Of a DNA stretch of 64,000 bases, positions 1 to 9,432 are shown in pieces. The notes under the pieces are model-generated. The model saw only the letters and a program-made list of their open reading frames with translations, made no database searches and had not been told where the DNA came from. The position numbers and the translations under genes are program-made. The stretch is from a virus. The stretch's first letter is position 1. Each line of letters starts with the position of its first letter. The stretch lies in IMG/VR virus record IMGVR_UViG_3300032116_000025. One strand, written 5' to 3'.

Positions 1-414
1 GCACGGGATGAAGTGCATGTCTACCCCGGGCCTTACCCGACCGTCTGGCCCCCAAACGTAGCCGGACGCCCGACAAAGCCTAGGATTTGTCGCGGCAGGC
101 AGCGTAAACATCGACGCTGTTACCACAAAGTTGTTGGCTGCGGTTGGCGCTAGGGCAGGCGGAGAAAATACGTCAACGTACTGAGGAGACTGGATGGCTC
201 CTCCGTTTACGTAAAAACGGAGCTGGTACGTCACCGGGAAGGGTCCGTCTCCGTTGAGCGTTAGCATCACCTGGCCAGGCAGCGGGGCGCCGGTTGTTGC
301 CTGTGTGATGAACGTAGTGCCCGTTGCGTCAAAGACGCGGACGACCACGTTATTTACAGGTTGCGGTACTACCTGGTCGTCGTTGACCGATACTAAAACG
401 GTTTCTAGGGCCAT
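1..414 (-). CDS. Putative virion structural protein (partial, runs off window)
   Basis: Hand-translated open frame from ATG 414 (MALETVLVSVNDDQVVPQPVNNVVVRVFDATG...); beta-rich; TAACAT 6 nt upstream. Confidence 0.7.
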   Translation of the reverse strand, partial: MALETVLVSVNDDQVVPQPVNNVVVRVFDATGTTFITQATTGAPLPGQVMLTLNGDGPFPVTYQLRFYVNGGAIQSPQYVDVFSPPALAPTAANNFVVTASMFTLPAATNPRLCRASGYVWGPDGRVRPGVDMHFIPC

Positions 415-454
415 GGCCAGATGTTAACTCAAATGCCGGGCGGCGGGCAGATCG

Positions 455-2386
455 TCATACGCCGTACTCAGACCGACTCACGGTGCCCAACGCTTCCTCT
501 AAGTCAACGTGGTCCAGATCCTTATACTGCTCAGGCTTTGACATCACGTACTTGGGAAGTACCCGGTGAGCAATTCCGGCAGTACCGTGGCCCCTAGCTG
601 GCCGTAGGTAAGTAGACCCAGGAATGATAGAGTCTGGTCGCCGAATTGCGATCTCTGTCCCTTCAACCTCATAGTCGCGCGATGGCTCTAGGTGCCTAGC
701 CAGCTCTTCTTGGAACTTTTCCCGACGGTATGCTGCAAGAGCCCCAGTAGCCGCTCGGTTTAACCCGGCGGACTTTGTATACATAGGTTGCCGCGCATAC
801 TCAGCGCGGGGAGGCTTATCAGCATTTGGAGTCCGGTTCTTTTCCGAGTACAGCGCCCGGGATAGCTGGCTATCCCGATACGGGCTAACCGGATCGTTTT
901 CCTCTACCTCTCCCTGTTCTTCTCGACGAACCTCTTCAAGCACCCGGTCAGCCAGCGGAGCAAACAGGTGCTTACTGGCCGCAGCCGCCTTTAAGCGTCG
1001 GTGTGCATCATGACGCTCGGGGTTCTGAAACAAGACTACCCGCTTAGTCTTGTCCGACTTTGCGAGGTCTTTTGGCATAATGACGGCCCGGATCTTTTGC
1101 GGATTGAAGTTTACGTCCTTGTACGCGTGCGCAATGAAGTTGGAACACATGACCGTGTTCTTGTCGATCCGCTTGTTTAGCTCAGTGCTCGGCTTTAGCC
1201 CTGCCTTCTCTGCAAGGTAAACCTGGGCAAAGAACGGGAAGTTTTCGTACTTAAACTTGTCGCCCTTAGCCGCAAGCTCTACTGAGCGGCGAACTGCTTC
1301 TTGACGGGTTTTTGTGTCTACCTGTGGACGGACTACAAGAGCGTCGAGCCCTTCGACTGTCTTTGCAAGGGGTCGCGTGTGCAGCTTGTCGTTGAGCATT
1401 TCAACGACCTGCCCCTTGCCAACGTAAATCCCCGTGTGAGCGTGATCCTTGTTGACCGAGTAAGAAAAGGTCCGAAAAACCTTGTCTTTTGCTCGGTCTA
1501 AAAGGCTTCCTTCGGTCAGAGGACGGCCCATCGAAGTTACAACGATGTCGCCGGGCTTAAGCTTCTTGTGGACGTCCGAAAGGTCGGTAGTGATCTTAAA
1601 CCCGCCTACGTCTGCGGCAGACTTCTGGCCTTCTTGCCGTTTAGCCATTTCAAGAAGACGCGTTCCTTTTGCAGCGATTGCGCGCGCCTGCTGCTCGTTC
1701 TGGGGCACAGGCTCGCCCCACGCCTTTGCTGTGAGGGCCAGACGAGTCGGCTCGCCGTTAGGCTTCTTCAAGGGAGGCAGCGGGCTCTGCCCGTAGAAGC
1801 GGCGGGCCCACGAGCCCTTTCGCTTCATGTCCTTCGTCGACATCTCATCGACCGGCTTCTTTACGCCGGGCTTGAGGTCCTTGCTTTCGCCGCTGCGCTC
1901 AAAATGACGACGCCCCGCTTCGGTAAGACCGCCCTCGGGGTTCTTGTGCTTGGCAAGCAGGGCAAGCTTTTGAAACATGGTATTCATCCCAGCCTCTTTG
2001 CGAGCTTCCTGTGCGGCGTCGGTGTTCGCCACAAACTGCTGCCCTTTGCGGGACGCCTCGACCTTCTTTTTGTTGGTGGCCGCCTTCTGCCCCGGGGTGA
2101 GCTTGTCCCATGCCTTCTCGGGCAAGTACCGCCGCATAGTGCCGTCCGGCTTCTCGGCGGGCTTACCGTCTGAGGTCGTCCACTTCTGATCGGTCCACTT
2201 TGCGAGCGACTTCTGCGCGCCCGTGCGCGGGCCCTTGTAGCCACCGCCAGCCGCTTCGTACTTCTGCGCCACGAGCTGCGCCTTACGCGCAGACCACTGG
2301 CCCGGCTTACCGCCGTCTCCAGAAGCCATGACCTGGGACTTGATGCGGTTGCGAAGCTCAGGCTTCGTGTAGTTCTTTTCCGTCAT
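455..2386 (-). CDS. Multidomain protein: DUF5872-like + DUF6321-like + permuted papain-like (YiiX/YaeF, NlpC/P60) domain + unknown tail
   Basis: GGKPGQWSARKAQ and KNPEGGLTEAGR..PTRLAL..KAWG motifs (family names from recall); PGDIV..HTGIYVG..VVE..MCS.FI..AY His-before-Cys catalytic order. Confidence 0.75.
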   Translation of the reverse strand: MTEKNYTKPELRNRIKSQVMASGDGGKPGQWSARKAQLVAQKYEAAGGGYKGPRTGAQKSLAKWTDQKWTTSDGKPAEKPDGTMRRYLPEKAWDKLTPGQKAATNKKKVEASRKGQQFVANTDAAQEARKEAGMNTMFQKLALLAKHKNPEGGLTEAGRRHFERSGESKDLKPGVKKPVDEMSTKDMKRKGSWARRFYGQSPLPPLKKPNGEPTRLALTAKAWGEPVPQNEQQARAIAAKGTRLLEMAKRQEGQKSAADVGGFKITTDLSDVHKKLKPGDIVVTSMGRPLTEGSLLDRAKDKVFRTFSYSVNKDHAHTGIYVGKGQVVEMLNDKLHTRPLAKTVEGLDALVVRPQVDTKTRQEAVRRSVELAAKGDKFKYENFPFFAQVYLAEKAGLKPSTELNKRIDKNTVMCSNFIAHAYKDVNFNPQKIRAVIMPKDLAKSDKTKRVVLFQNPERHDAHRRLKAAAASKHLFAPLADRVLEEVRREEQGEVEENDPVSPYRDSQLSRALYSEKNRTPNADKPPRAEYARQPMYTKSAGLNRAATGALAAYRREKFQEELARHLEPSRDYEVEGTEIAIRRPDSIIPGSTYLRPARGHGTAGIAHRVLPKYVMSKPEQYKDLDHVDLEEALGTVSRSEYGV

Positions 2387-3345
2387 GTGGTCCTAATCGC
2401 AAAGTCAATCTGCGGCTCTTGAATACCAAACTCGTCTTGAACCACAAGCGCGGGGTCAAGCAGATCTACTACGTCTCCGGTCGAAGGCACAAGGATGCGT
2501 CGCACAAATCCGGTACCGTCGATGCTGATGTCCACGGACATTCCGCGGATGAGGCGGATCTCGGCGTAGCCGTTGCGGTCGGTTTCGATTTGCGCGTAGT
2601 GCCGAAAGATGCCCCAACGCCGAGTCTGGTCAACTACGGTGTTCGGCAAAAATGGATTTGCAAAGGTAATCCGGCGCTGCTCAATTGCGTAGCCAGACAG
2701 GTCTGCAAGACGCACGTACCCAACGATTGTTTTTGACGTGGGGATCTTCTGCGCTTGGTTGGCAGGAAACGGAACGCCAACACCCGTAGTCTTTAAGGTT
2801 ACGTTGTGTCGAAACTCTATTCTGTACCAAAAATCTCGGTCGCTATTTTGGTCAGTGTAGAAATACTCGTGCGTGCCGCCCACCAAGATTGTGTCTTGAT
2901 CTTGGCCTACAGCAGCCGCGCCGGTTAGCCCAAGAAATGCCGCCGCTGCGCTTTCTAGGGCTTCTACGCTGGCAGAAGATCCGGTCGTAACCGTAGAAAT
3001 TTTTAGATAACCACCGTCGTCAACTGCCGTAAGAAGGGGCGTAGCCGCAGAAATTGCGGCGGCCGCCTGTGCCGTAGTAACTGGGTCCGGGTCGGCAAAC
3101 GTCACGTTAACCGTAGAGACGCCGTTTACTTTCAGCGTGAGCGTTTTACCGTTGATCTGGTGAGGCGTTGCGGCAGTCCCTTTTATTGAAGCAACCGCGG
3201 GTAAGTCTGCGGTTGCTTGCTCGTAAATCCCGTACTGTCCTGTTCGGCTTCGATACCAGCGAATACGGTTGTACGTCAGGAGCGCCGAAGCGATGTCCTG
3301 CACGAAGTAGCTAAGCTGAATCGGTTGGTTGGTTACGACAGCCAC
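2383..3345 (-). CDS. Putative virion structural protein
   Basis: 320 aa, Thr/Ala beta-rich, GGAGG RBS, in structural cluster. Confidence 0.6.
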   Translation of the reverse strand: MAVVTNQPIQLSYFVQDIASALLTYNRIRWYRSRTGQYGIYEQATADLPAVASIKGTAATPHQINGKTLTLKVNGVSTVNVTFADPDPVTTAQAAAAISAATPLLTAVDDGGYLKISTVTTGSSASVEALESAAAAFLGLTGAAAVGQDQDTILVGGTHEYFYTDQNSDRDFWYRIEFRHNVTLKTTGVGVPFPANQAQKIPTSKTIVGYVRLADLSGYAIEQRRITFANPFLPNTVVDQTRRWGIFRHYAQIETDRNGYAEIRLIRGMSVDISIDGTGFVRRILVPSTGDVVDLLDPALVVQDEFGIQEPQIDFAIRTT

Positions 3346-3356
3346 GGCGTCCTCCG

Positions 3357-3761
3357 TTACTTGGTCCGCTTCTCATCAGGACGGAACTGTAGCGTAGGGT
3401 CCGCCTGTGGATCTAGGTCTGTGCGCGGTGTCTGCGGGTTCTCGGGCCCGTCATCATCGCGCATTGCCTGCATCGGCGTATCAAGCGGTCGCAGCAGCGC
3501 GGGGTCCGCTTGCGGGTTCAGGCCGGTAGCAGTTGTCTGCACCGACGCCGGGCCGGGATCGTCTTGGTGGTAGCTGCTTACGTCCGGGCTGAAGGCAAAA
3601 CCTTCTGGCAGGAAAAGGACAACCTGCCCATCAGCCAAGGTAAAAACTTTTACCTCGGCAAGCCCAGCGACGATAAAGACCTGTAATGGCTGGGGATTTA
3701 GGCCGTAAGTGTTCTGCGTCCCGCGCTGGTTCAGCCCCGCCGTGAGCGTAGTGAACATCAT
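3357..3761 (-). CDS. Hypothetical protein with duplicated DD.GP...L.PQADP.L..RP motif
   Basis: ORF track; ATGA overlap with upstream gene. Confidence 0.65.
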   Translation of the reverse strand: MMFTTLTAGLNQRGTQNTYGLNPQPLQVFIVAGLAEVKVFTLADGQVVLFLPEGFAFSPDVSSYHQDDPGPASVQTTATGLNPQADPALLRPLDTPMQAMRDDDGPENPQTPRTDLDPQADPTLQFRPDEKRTK

Positions 3762-4246
3762 GGCGGTAAGATCGGGGCCTTACGCTTGGTCTGAACACCA
3801 GCCTGCGTTGTAACGGTGTCGCCGGGCGGGCCATTGTCTGTCTCTAGCGGCCACCGCTGACGGATCGTGGTGCCGTCATCGTCGTAGAGCACAAGCTCCT
3901 GTGTGCTGAGGTTGACCTCAAGGCGGTTGATCGCCGTCTTTCGCAAGACGGCAACCGCGTCAAGTAGGTCATACTCACCAACCAGCACGTCGCAGGCAAA
4001 CATATCCTGGGCGGGAGTCAACACTGTCGCGTACCACAGACCGGTCTGGTCCGGGGTAAACTCGGCGTAGTAGTACCCAGAGCCAATCTCCGACACCGTG
4101 AGCGGCTGCGCGGAGAGCGCGTCTTCTCGAACCAGCGCCTTTGTAAACGAGGCGTTTGCTAGGCCAGTGAGCGGGCTGATGCCGTCTACGTCAGTGACGT
4201 AAAACGGAACCTTCAGCGTCTCGTTGATGCCTGCTGTGAGGGCCAC
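3758..4246 (-). CDS. Putative virion structural protein
   Basis: 162 aa; EIGSGYYYAEFTP and LYDDDGTT motifs; GTG start 6 nt after TAAGAT. Confidence 0.6.
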   Translation of the reverse strand: MALTAGINETLKVPFYVTDVDGISPLTGLANASFTKALVREDALSAQPLTVSEIGSGYYYAEFTPDQTGLWYATVLTPAQDMFACDVLVGEYDLLDAVAVLRKTAINRLEVNLSTQELVLYDDDGTTIRQRWPLETDNGPPGDTVTTQAGVQTKRKAPILPP

Positions 4247-4267
4247 GGCGACATCTTACCGCAAATA

Positions 4268-4924
4268 CTAGTACTTGCCTACGCCGCGCGGGTCCCACTC
4301 AGGAGGGATCGTCTTGCCGTCACGCCAGACCTTTTCGGGCTGCGTCTTGAGGCCAAGCACGGCAACTCCGTACTCCATCACCACGCGCTTCCAAATGCCC
4401 TCACCGGGGTCACTTGGCTTTTGCCCGTTGGACTGCCGATGTCCCCAGATGAACTCGATGGGCATCCCCGCTGCGCGGCCGTTGTCCACAAGCCACTTCA
4501 GCGCAGCGCGGAAAGTGTCAACAGCTTCATCGGTAAGTGGGCTTGGGTTTCCACCCCATACCGCAGTGGGCTTACTGAGCTGGCCCGGATAGCTGCCTTC
4601 GCATTCCAACCCAAGAGAGAAGGCGTTTAGCTCGTTGCCGTGGTAAAGGTACCAGTCCAGCGGGGCTGCGGCAACAAACACCCCATCACGAAAGGCAGTT
4701 ACGTGCGCAGGGATATTGAGAGCGCGGCGGTGCGCTTTGGCTCGGTCAGCGGCAGGCCCGAAGACACACGCTGTCTGATGGATGCCGATTCCGGTGATCG
4801 TCTTGGGGTTACGAACAGCCGTCTTGCCCGCGACGACCTTCGACGTGTTGACGACCTTTCCGTTGACTTGTTTAGCGGGGAACGGATTCTTTTGTTCTGA
4901 TCGAAGGTCGAGAAGGGTAGGCAT
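4268..4924 (-). CDS. N-acetylmuramoyl-L-alanine amidase (Amidase_2-type endolysin)
   Basis: IGIHQTA, YHGN.LN..SLGLECEG, IWGHRQ, KPSDPG zinc amidase motifs; start taken at MPTLLDL with GAGGG RBS. Confidence 0.85.
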   Translation of the reverse strand: MPTLLDLRSEQKNPFPAKQVNGKVVNTSKVVAGKTAVRNPKTITGIGIHQTACVFGPAADRAKAHRRALNIPAHVTAFRDGVFVAAAPLDWYLYHGNELNAFSLGLECEGSYPGQLSKPTAVWGGNPSPLTDEAVDTFRAALKWLVDNGRAAGMPIEFIWGHRQSNGQKPSDPGEGIWKRVVMEYGVAVLGLKTQPEKVWRDGKTIPPEWDPRGVGKY

Positions 4925-4925
4925 T

Positions 4926-5846
4926 TCAGTTCCCCTCGTTGATGGTCTGGCGCGACAGAATATCGCAAGAGACAATAGCCGGTCGGTCGGAGAGCGTGGT
5001 GTGCGCGGGGTCAAACCCGATCTCAAATGAGACGTAGTACCCCGCCACAAATCCCGCGGCAGCCGCGTTTCCTGTACGGTGGACAACCCGCGTCAGGAGC
5101 CCGGCATCATCGTAGGTGTCGTCAAGCGTAAGAGTGCCCGTAGGCGGCGCTGTTACGTCTTGAGAGCCACCGTTGAACACGGTGTAGTTGATGACCCACC
5201 GTACGGTTGCGCCGGACTGGTTGGTGTTGACGTTCTTCGTCCAATGGATGTGGAACGAGGCGTCGGAGACGTAGGATGTCGGGATCTTGCAGTACCCGTA
5301 CACCTTGTCGATGTCCTTCTTGTAGTGAAGGACGACCAAGGTGCCCATCAACTCGACATCCGGAGCAATGCCAGGCACGAAAGTCGCGCTGGTTGGGGTA
5401 ATCCCTGGGGTGTGGATGACGCGCGTTGCACTCTCGGTGGCGAGGTCTCCTACCGCTTGGTACGTCCACTTCGTGCCGTCCCACTTCAGCAGATCACCAA
5501 CCGCCGGGGCAGCCGCGTCTAAGGGGCGGGTGTCGAGCCCCTTTACAGTCGCCGATTGGATTCCGGTACCGAGAGCGGTTTCGACATCGTTCGTTAGCTG
5601 GGTGATGCCGCCAGCCGCCCCGCCAGCAACCTGATCCGCGAGCCAATCAAGGGCGTCGGGAACGTTGTCGGGCGGAGGAGCGCCCCAGTCAGAGGGGTCG
5701 TCTGGAGTGTAGGGAAACGGGTCGAATTGCGCGCCCCAGGTGTCGATGTCTACCCGCAGATCAAAGATTTCGCTCTTCAGCCCGCTACCCGGACGAAGTA
5801 GATGCGGGTGGATGGCGCTGTATTCGCGAAACCGTTTGATCGTCAT
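4926..5846 (-). CDS. Putative fibre/decoration protein
   Basis: ITQLTNDV, P..GDLLKWDGTKW fibre-type motif, C-terminal beta-sandwich-like region; GAGGAG RBS before MTIKRF. Confidence 0.6.
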   Translation of the reverse strand: MTIKRFREYSAIHPHLLRPGSGLKSEIFDLRVDIDTWGAQFDPFPYTPDDPSDWGAPPPDNVPDALDWLADQVAGGAAGGITQLTNDVETALGTGIQSATVKGLDTRPLDAAAPAVGDLLKWDGTKWTYQAVGDLATESATRVIHTPGITPTSATFVPGIAPDVELMGTLVVLHYKKDIDKVYGYCKIPTSYVSDASFHIHWTKNVNTNQSGATVRWVINYTVFNGGSQDVTAPPTGTLTLDDTYDDAGLLTRVVHRTGNAAAAGFVAGYYVSFEIGFDPAHTTLSDRPAIVSCDILSRQTINEGN

Positions 5847-5856
5847 AACGCACTCC

Positions 5857-6300
5857 TCACGACGCGACCTCAAACCACCTGTAGGTCACACCCAGCGCGC
5901 TAGGAGCCCCGGTGTGTACGATCTGAACTCGCAGATACAGGCCCGCCGCGATCTGCCCGGCGGTGGTCGCGTCTAACGTGCCGTTGTAGTCAAACGGAGC
6001 CAAAGGCATCTGATCGACGTACGTGGTTAAGACGGCTCCCGCTCCACGCCCGAGGATGTCATCTACATCCACTACTTGGAGAGTCACGGTGTCGCCTACA
6101 GAGGCACCCCGTGACCAGAAGAACCCGCCCTGAAGCCTCACCGCCTGTTCTAGGCGCAGGTCAAAGGAGTAGGTGCCTGCGGCAGGGACGGGACACAGTT
6201 GCCCACAAAACCGCGCACCCTCCGCAGAGTAGGCGTAGGCGCTCTGAGCGACTACCGGAGCGCCATCTTGGCCGCGCAGCCCGCCAGCAATAGTGCCCAT
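5857..6300 (-). CDS. Putative virion structural protein
   Basis: 147 aa beta-rich, translationally coupled. Confidence 0.55.
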   Translation of the reverse strand: MGTIAGGLRGQDGAPVVAQSAYAYSAEGARFCGQLCPVPAAGTYSFDLRLEQAVRLQGGFFWSRGASVGDTVTLQVVDVDDILGRGAGAVLTTYVDQMPLAPFDYNGTLDATTAGQIAAGLYLRVQIVHTGAPSALGVTYRWFEVAS

Positions 6301-6938
6301 CAGACGAACTCCTGGTATCCACGAGCAATCGCGTACTGTCGCGGGGTGGCCGTAGAGACAAGCGCCGTAATCAGGTTGTCTCTAATCCGCATGATCAAGC
6401 GGTCCGTAGACCCCTCAGTCAAAACGATAGGCGTGTCAAAGGTAAACGTAAACTGCAAGTAATCAGACTGCGCTGAGATTGCGTTTACCAAGTTAACAAA
6501 GTCGTCGGCGTAGTTCAGGTAGTCGCCTGCTATCCGAATAGGCTCTGCGGCAATCGGTACGGTGTTACCGCCCTGCACCGCCTCGATTTGAATACCGTTA
6601 GTAAGGCCCGTGGTAGTAGCTCCGTACTCGCGGAAGTCAGAGGTGGCTAACTCAAATCCGTCAGCCTCAATGACTACACGAAATCCCGTGATCCACTTAG
6701 TGGCACCCGCCACCGCATTAATAGAAAACTCTACCGGGGTGACGGACCCGTTTACTCGCTGATCAGACGAACCGGCGTTTGTGAGAAACTCTCGAAACAG
6801 CCGAAGGTTTGATAAGTCCTCGGGTGGCACGCCTTTGCTGGTTTCAGGGAGTACCTGCACTAGCAAAGCATTAGACGGCGTGACTACGGCTGTGCGCCCC
6901 GTCCCGGTCCCGTCATGGATTCGCGTTTTTACACTCAC
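6300..6938 (-). CDS. DGTG-motif paralogue (putative structural)
   Basis: N-terminus RIHDGTGTGRTAVVTPSNALLV. Confidence 0.6.
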   Translation of the reverse strand: MSVKTRIHDGTGTGRTAVVTPSNALLVQVLPETSKGVPPEDLSNLRLFREFLTNAGSSDQRVNGSVTPVEFSINAVAGATKWITGFRVVIEADGFELATSDFREYGATTTGLTNGIQIEAVQGGNTVPIAAEPIRIAGDYLNYADDFVNLVNAISAQSDYLQFTFTFDTPIVLTEGSTDRLIMRIRDNLITALVSTATPRQYAIARGYQEFV

Positions 6939-6943
6939 GGCTG

Positions 6944-7549
6944 TCAGGTGTCGGGGCGGTAGTACGTCCGCGCTACAATGTTGATGTTTGCTGCGGTTGT
7001 TCCCGCTGGAGGCTGTACAAGCAGGCCCACGCTTGATCCTGTTGTAAGGATGCGGCCCGCCTCAATAATGAGCTGGTTTTCCCCCGTAGACTTAATCGGG
7101 AACTGTGATCCGGTGCCGCCGGTCAGGGTGTCAAAGTTTACTGCTGTGATGGTGGCAAAGCTGCTCTTGTAGAACAGGCCTAACGGTGTTTGAGCAGAGC
7201 CGTGGTTAATGTTTGTAAGTCCCGCGGCGCTAGCGTTTGTGATGATGGTGCCTGCCGTGGGGTTGCGGCTGATTGTAAACAGCCAGTCTCCCGTGCCACC
7301 AGTCACAGTTCCAAACATTACTCGAAAGCGGTCTATGATGAGATCGCGCGGGGAGCTGTTGACAATGTAAAGCACCGCCGCGTTAGACACGCCGGTATAA
7401 GAGAGAAGTCCCGTCCCAATAGCAAACGCCTCTCCCTTTAGGGCAGCCTCCCGCTCCTCTTCCACTGACGAGGCGGCGACCTCAAGCCGGTTGGTGCTGT
7501 CTACTTTTGCGGCGTAACCAAAGCCGGTGCCGTCTTCAATGCGGGCCAT
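6944..7549 (-). CDS. DGTG-motif paralogue (putative structural)
   Basis: N-terminus RIEDGTGFGYAAKVDSTNRLEV. Confidence 0.6.
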   Translation of the reverse strand: MARIEDGTGFGYAAKVDSTNRLEVAASSVEEEREAALKGEAFAIGTGLLSYTGVSNAAVLYIVNSSPRDLIIDRFRVMFGTVTGGTGDWLFTISRNPTAGTIITNASAAGLTNINHGSAQTPLGLFYKSSFATITAVNFDTLTGGTGSQFPIKSTGENQLIIEAGRILTTGSSVGLLVQPPAGTTAANINIVARTYYRPDT

Positions 7550-7552
7550 GGT

Positions 7553-8128
7553 TCATTCTCCTGCGACGTACCCGGTAAACCCGGTGTAGATGTTAGCGGT
7601 CTGCGCGCCGTTAAGCTGGCAGGTTACGATCAGGCTTGCGTTGCGGGGGAGAGTAAGATTGACCGTACCAAAGACTCGGCTAGAGGCGGTCTGCGTCTGG
7701 TACAGCACCGGAGTACCGGCAGGCGTCCATGTGGGGCTGGACTTGGCGTCAAACGCAAAGATGCGGGCGTCACCAATCCTTCGGTTGGTGACGGTTACGT
7801 TTGTGCCTCCCGTGACGCTAGACGGGTTGCCGTAAACGCGCATTAGCGCGTTTTCCGTAGGCGACCCACCTGCCACACCGATGCCGATAAACCATGCAAC
7901 GACAACCACATCGGAGGCCTCGTTGTTTTTGAAGTAAAATAGAGGAAACTCTGTGCCCACCGTAACGGACACAAACTGAGTGTTGACGTTGAACGACTCG
8001 CCCGTCATGGAGGCGTCGTCATACGTAGTCTCACCCACGTTCCGAACGCGGAGACGGTTCGACGAGTCTACCTGGGCAAAGTAGCCCTTCCCCGTGCCGT
8101 CCTGGATGATGCCGCCGATGCTGCTCAT
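7553..8128 (-). CDS. DGTG-motif paralogue (putative structural)
   Basis: N-terminus IIQDGTGKGYFAQVDSSNRLRV. Confidence 0.6.
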   Translation of the reverse strand: MSSIGGIIQDGTGKGYFAQVDSSNRLRVRNVGETTYDDASMTGESFNVNTQFVSVTVGTEFPLFYFKNNEASDVVVVAWFIGIGVAGGSPTENALMRVYGNPSSVTGGTNVTVTNRRIGDARIFAFDAKSSPTWTPAGTPVLYQTQTASSRVFGTVNLTLPRNASLIVTCQLNGAQTANIYTGFTGYVAGE

Positions 8129-8391
8129 AGGGGGTCGTCCTCTTCTGTAATGGCCTCAAGGTGGCGGCGGATCGCCCCCAACTCCGTGAGTATCTTGCTT
8201 AGTAGCATAGTCGAGTTTATCGACTCAACTGCCTGCGCGTTCAGGTTCCCTTGGGTCAAGATGTCCGCGCTGATCCCCTCGGAATTGACGATGGTGGCTT
8301 CAACTTGAAGCCGGTACACGGAGCCGTCGTAGACAACGCCTACGAGGTTCCCTGTTGAGTCTACGAGGACACTCGCGGGGCTCCGGCTCAT
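8125..8391 (-). CDS. Hypothetical protein
   Basis: ATGA overlaps at both ends; C-terminal amphipathic helix. Confidence 0.6.
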   Translation of the reverse strand: MSRSPASVLVDSTGNLVGVVYDGSVYRLQVEATIVNSEGISADILTQGNLNAQAVESINSTMLLSKILTELGAIRRHLEAITEEDDPL

Positions 8392-8873
8392 ACCCACGTC
8401 CTAGTGCGGTTAGTCTCAAACACGCCGCTGTACGAGATGGCGTCTGTCAGCGTTAGAAGCACGGTGACTCCATCCATGTCGTACATCTTCCAGACCTCGG
8501 TGACCGGGAGGATACCCGTGTATGAGGTAGTCAGCTCGACAATCTTTTGTGTCTTGCCGCTGTCCTCGTACCAGATCTCCGACGTAGGAAGGATGCCTGA
8601 GTACACCGTCTCTTTGTAGGCTCCGCTGACAAATCCATCGGCGGGACCGTCATCAATAAAATGGATCAGGTCTCGAAGCGCCTTGTGCTGCGCCTCTGTA
8701 ATGCCGCCCCCAGCACTCCTCGGATTGAAGTTTCCGATAGAGTCGCGCATGACGAAGCTGGTGCCGTCGTAGTTGAGGGCACCATCCTGCGTCGGGCCGA
8801 TGGCGTTGGTGATGAGGCGGATCTCCTCATCCTCAATTAGCGCACCGGGGCGTCTATCGGGGGTCCTAGGCAC
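8388..8873 (-). CDS. Putative virion structural protein
   Basis: GTG start (VPRTPDRRPG); internal repeats YSGILP/YTGILP/YSGVF; YDMDGVT motif. Confidence 0.6.
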   Translation of the reverse strand: MPRTPDRRPGALIEDEEIRLITNAIGPTQDGALNYDGTSFVMRDSIGNFNPRSAGGGITEAQHKALRDLIHFIDDGPADGFVSGAYKETVYSGILPTSEIWYEDSGKTQKIVELTTSYTGILPVTEVWKMYDMDGVTVLLTLTDAISYSGVFETNRTRTWV

Positions 8874-9426
8874 GCTTGCTCTTCTTCTTTCGCGGCTCTT
8901 CCGGCAAAGGCTCCGGCGGCGCTTGCGCGGCAAGCTCTTCTGCTAAACGACGCTCTTTGATGGAAGCTCCGGGGCGGAGTCCCACGGGGCGCGGACCTTC
9001 GTCAGCAACCGGTGCCTCGGCTTCTGCGGCGCGCGCCGCAAGGGCTACCCGAAGGGCCTCGGCTTTCCGTTCCTCGTCGTCCCTAAACTTCTTGACGAGC
9101 TGCACCGCCGCTTCCGCGCCGGATACCTTCCCCGTCTGAGCCATGCGATTGTTGTCCGCCTGCATGGTGAGGTTGGTCATCATTTGATGGGCACGCTCAA
9201 CGTACTTCTTGATGAGCTTTGCCGTCTCAAGATCAAACTTGCCCTCGTCCATCTCGCGGTCGACGTGCTTGGCAAGACCCTCCACGGACTGCGCCGCTTG
9301 GCGGAAGGCTTGTGCAGCCCCCTCCAAGCGGTACAGATCCTTGGTTGCGGCTTCTAGGGCGTCGTCAAGACGGCACCCGATCTCGTGTGCCGTCCCGACC
9401 TTTACTTGTGCTTTTTCAATGCTCAT
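8866..9426 (-). CDS. Coiled-coil hypothetical protein
   Basis: 186 aa helical, basic C-terminus. Confidence 0.65.
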   Translation of the reverse strand: MSIEKAQVKVGTAHEIGCRLDDALEAATKDLYRLEGAAQAFRQAAQSVEGLAKHVDREMDEGKFDLETAKLIKKYVERAHQMMTNLTMQADNNRMAQTGKVSGAEAAVQLVKKFRDDEERKAEALRVALAARAAEAEAPVADEGPRPVGLRPGASIKERRLAEELAAQAPPEPLPEEPRKKKSKRA

Positions 9427-9432
9427 TGGTTA

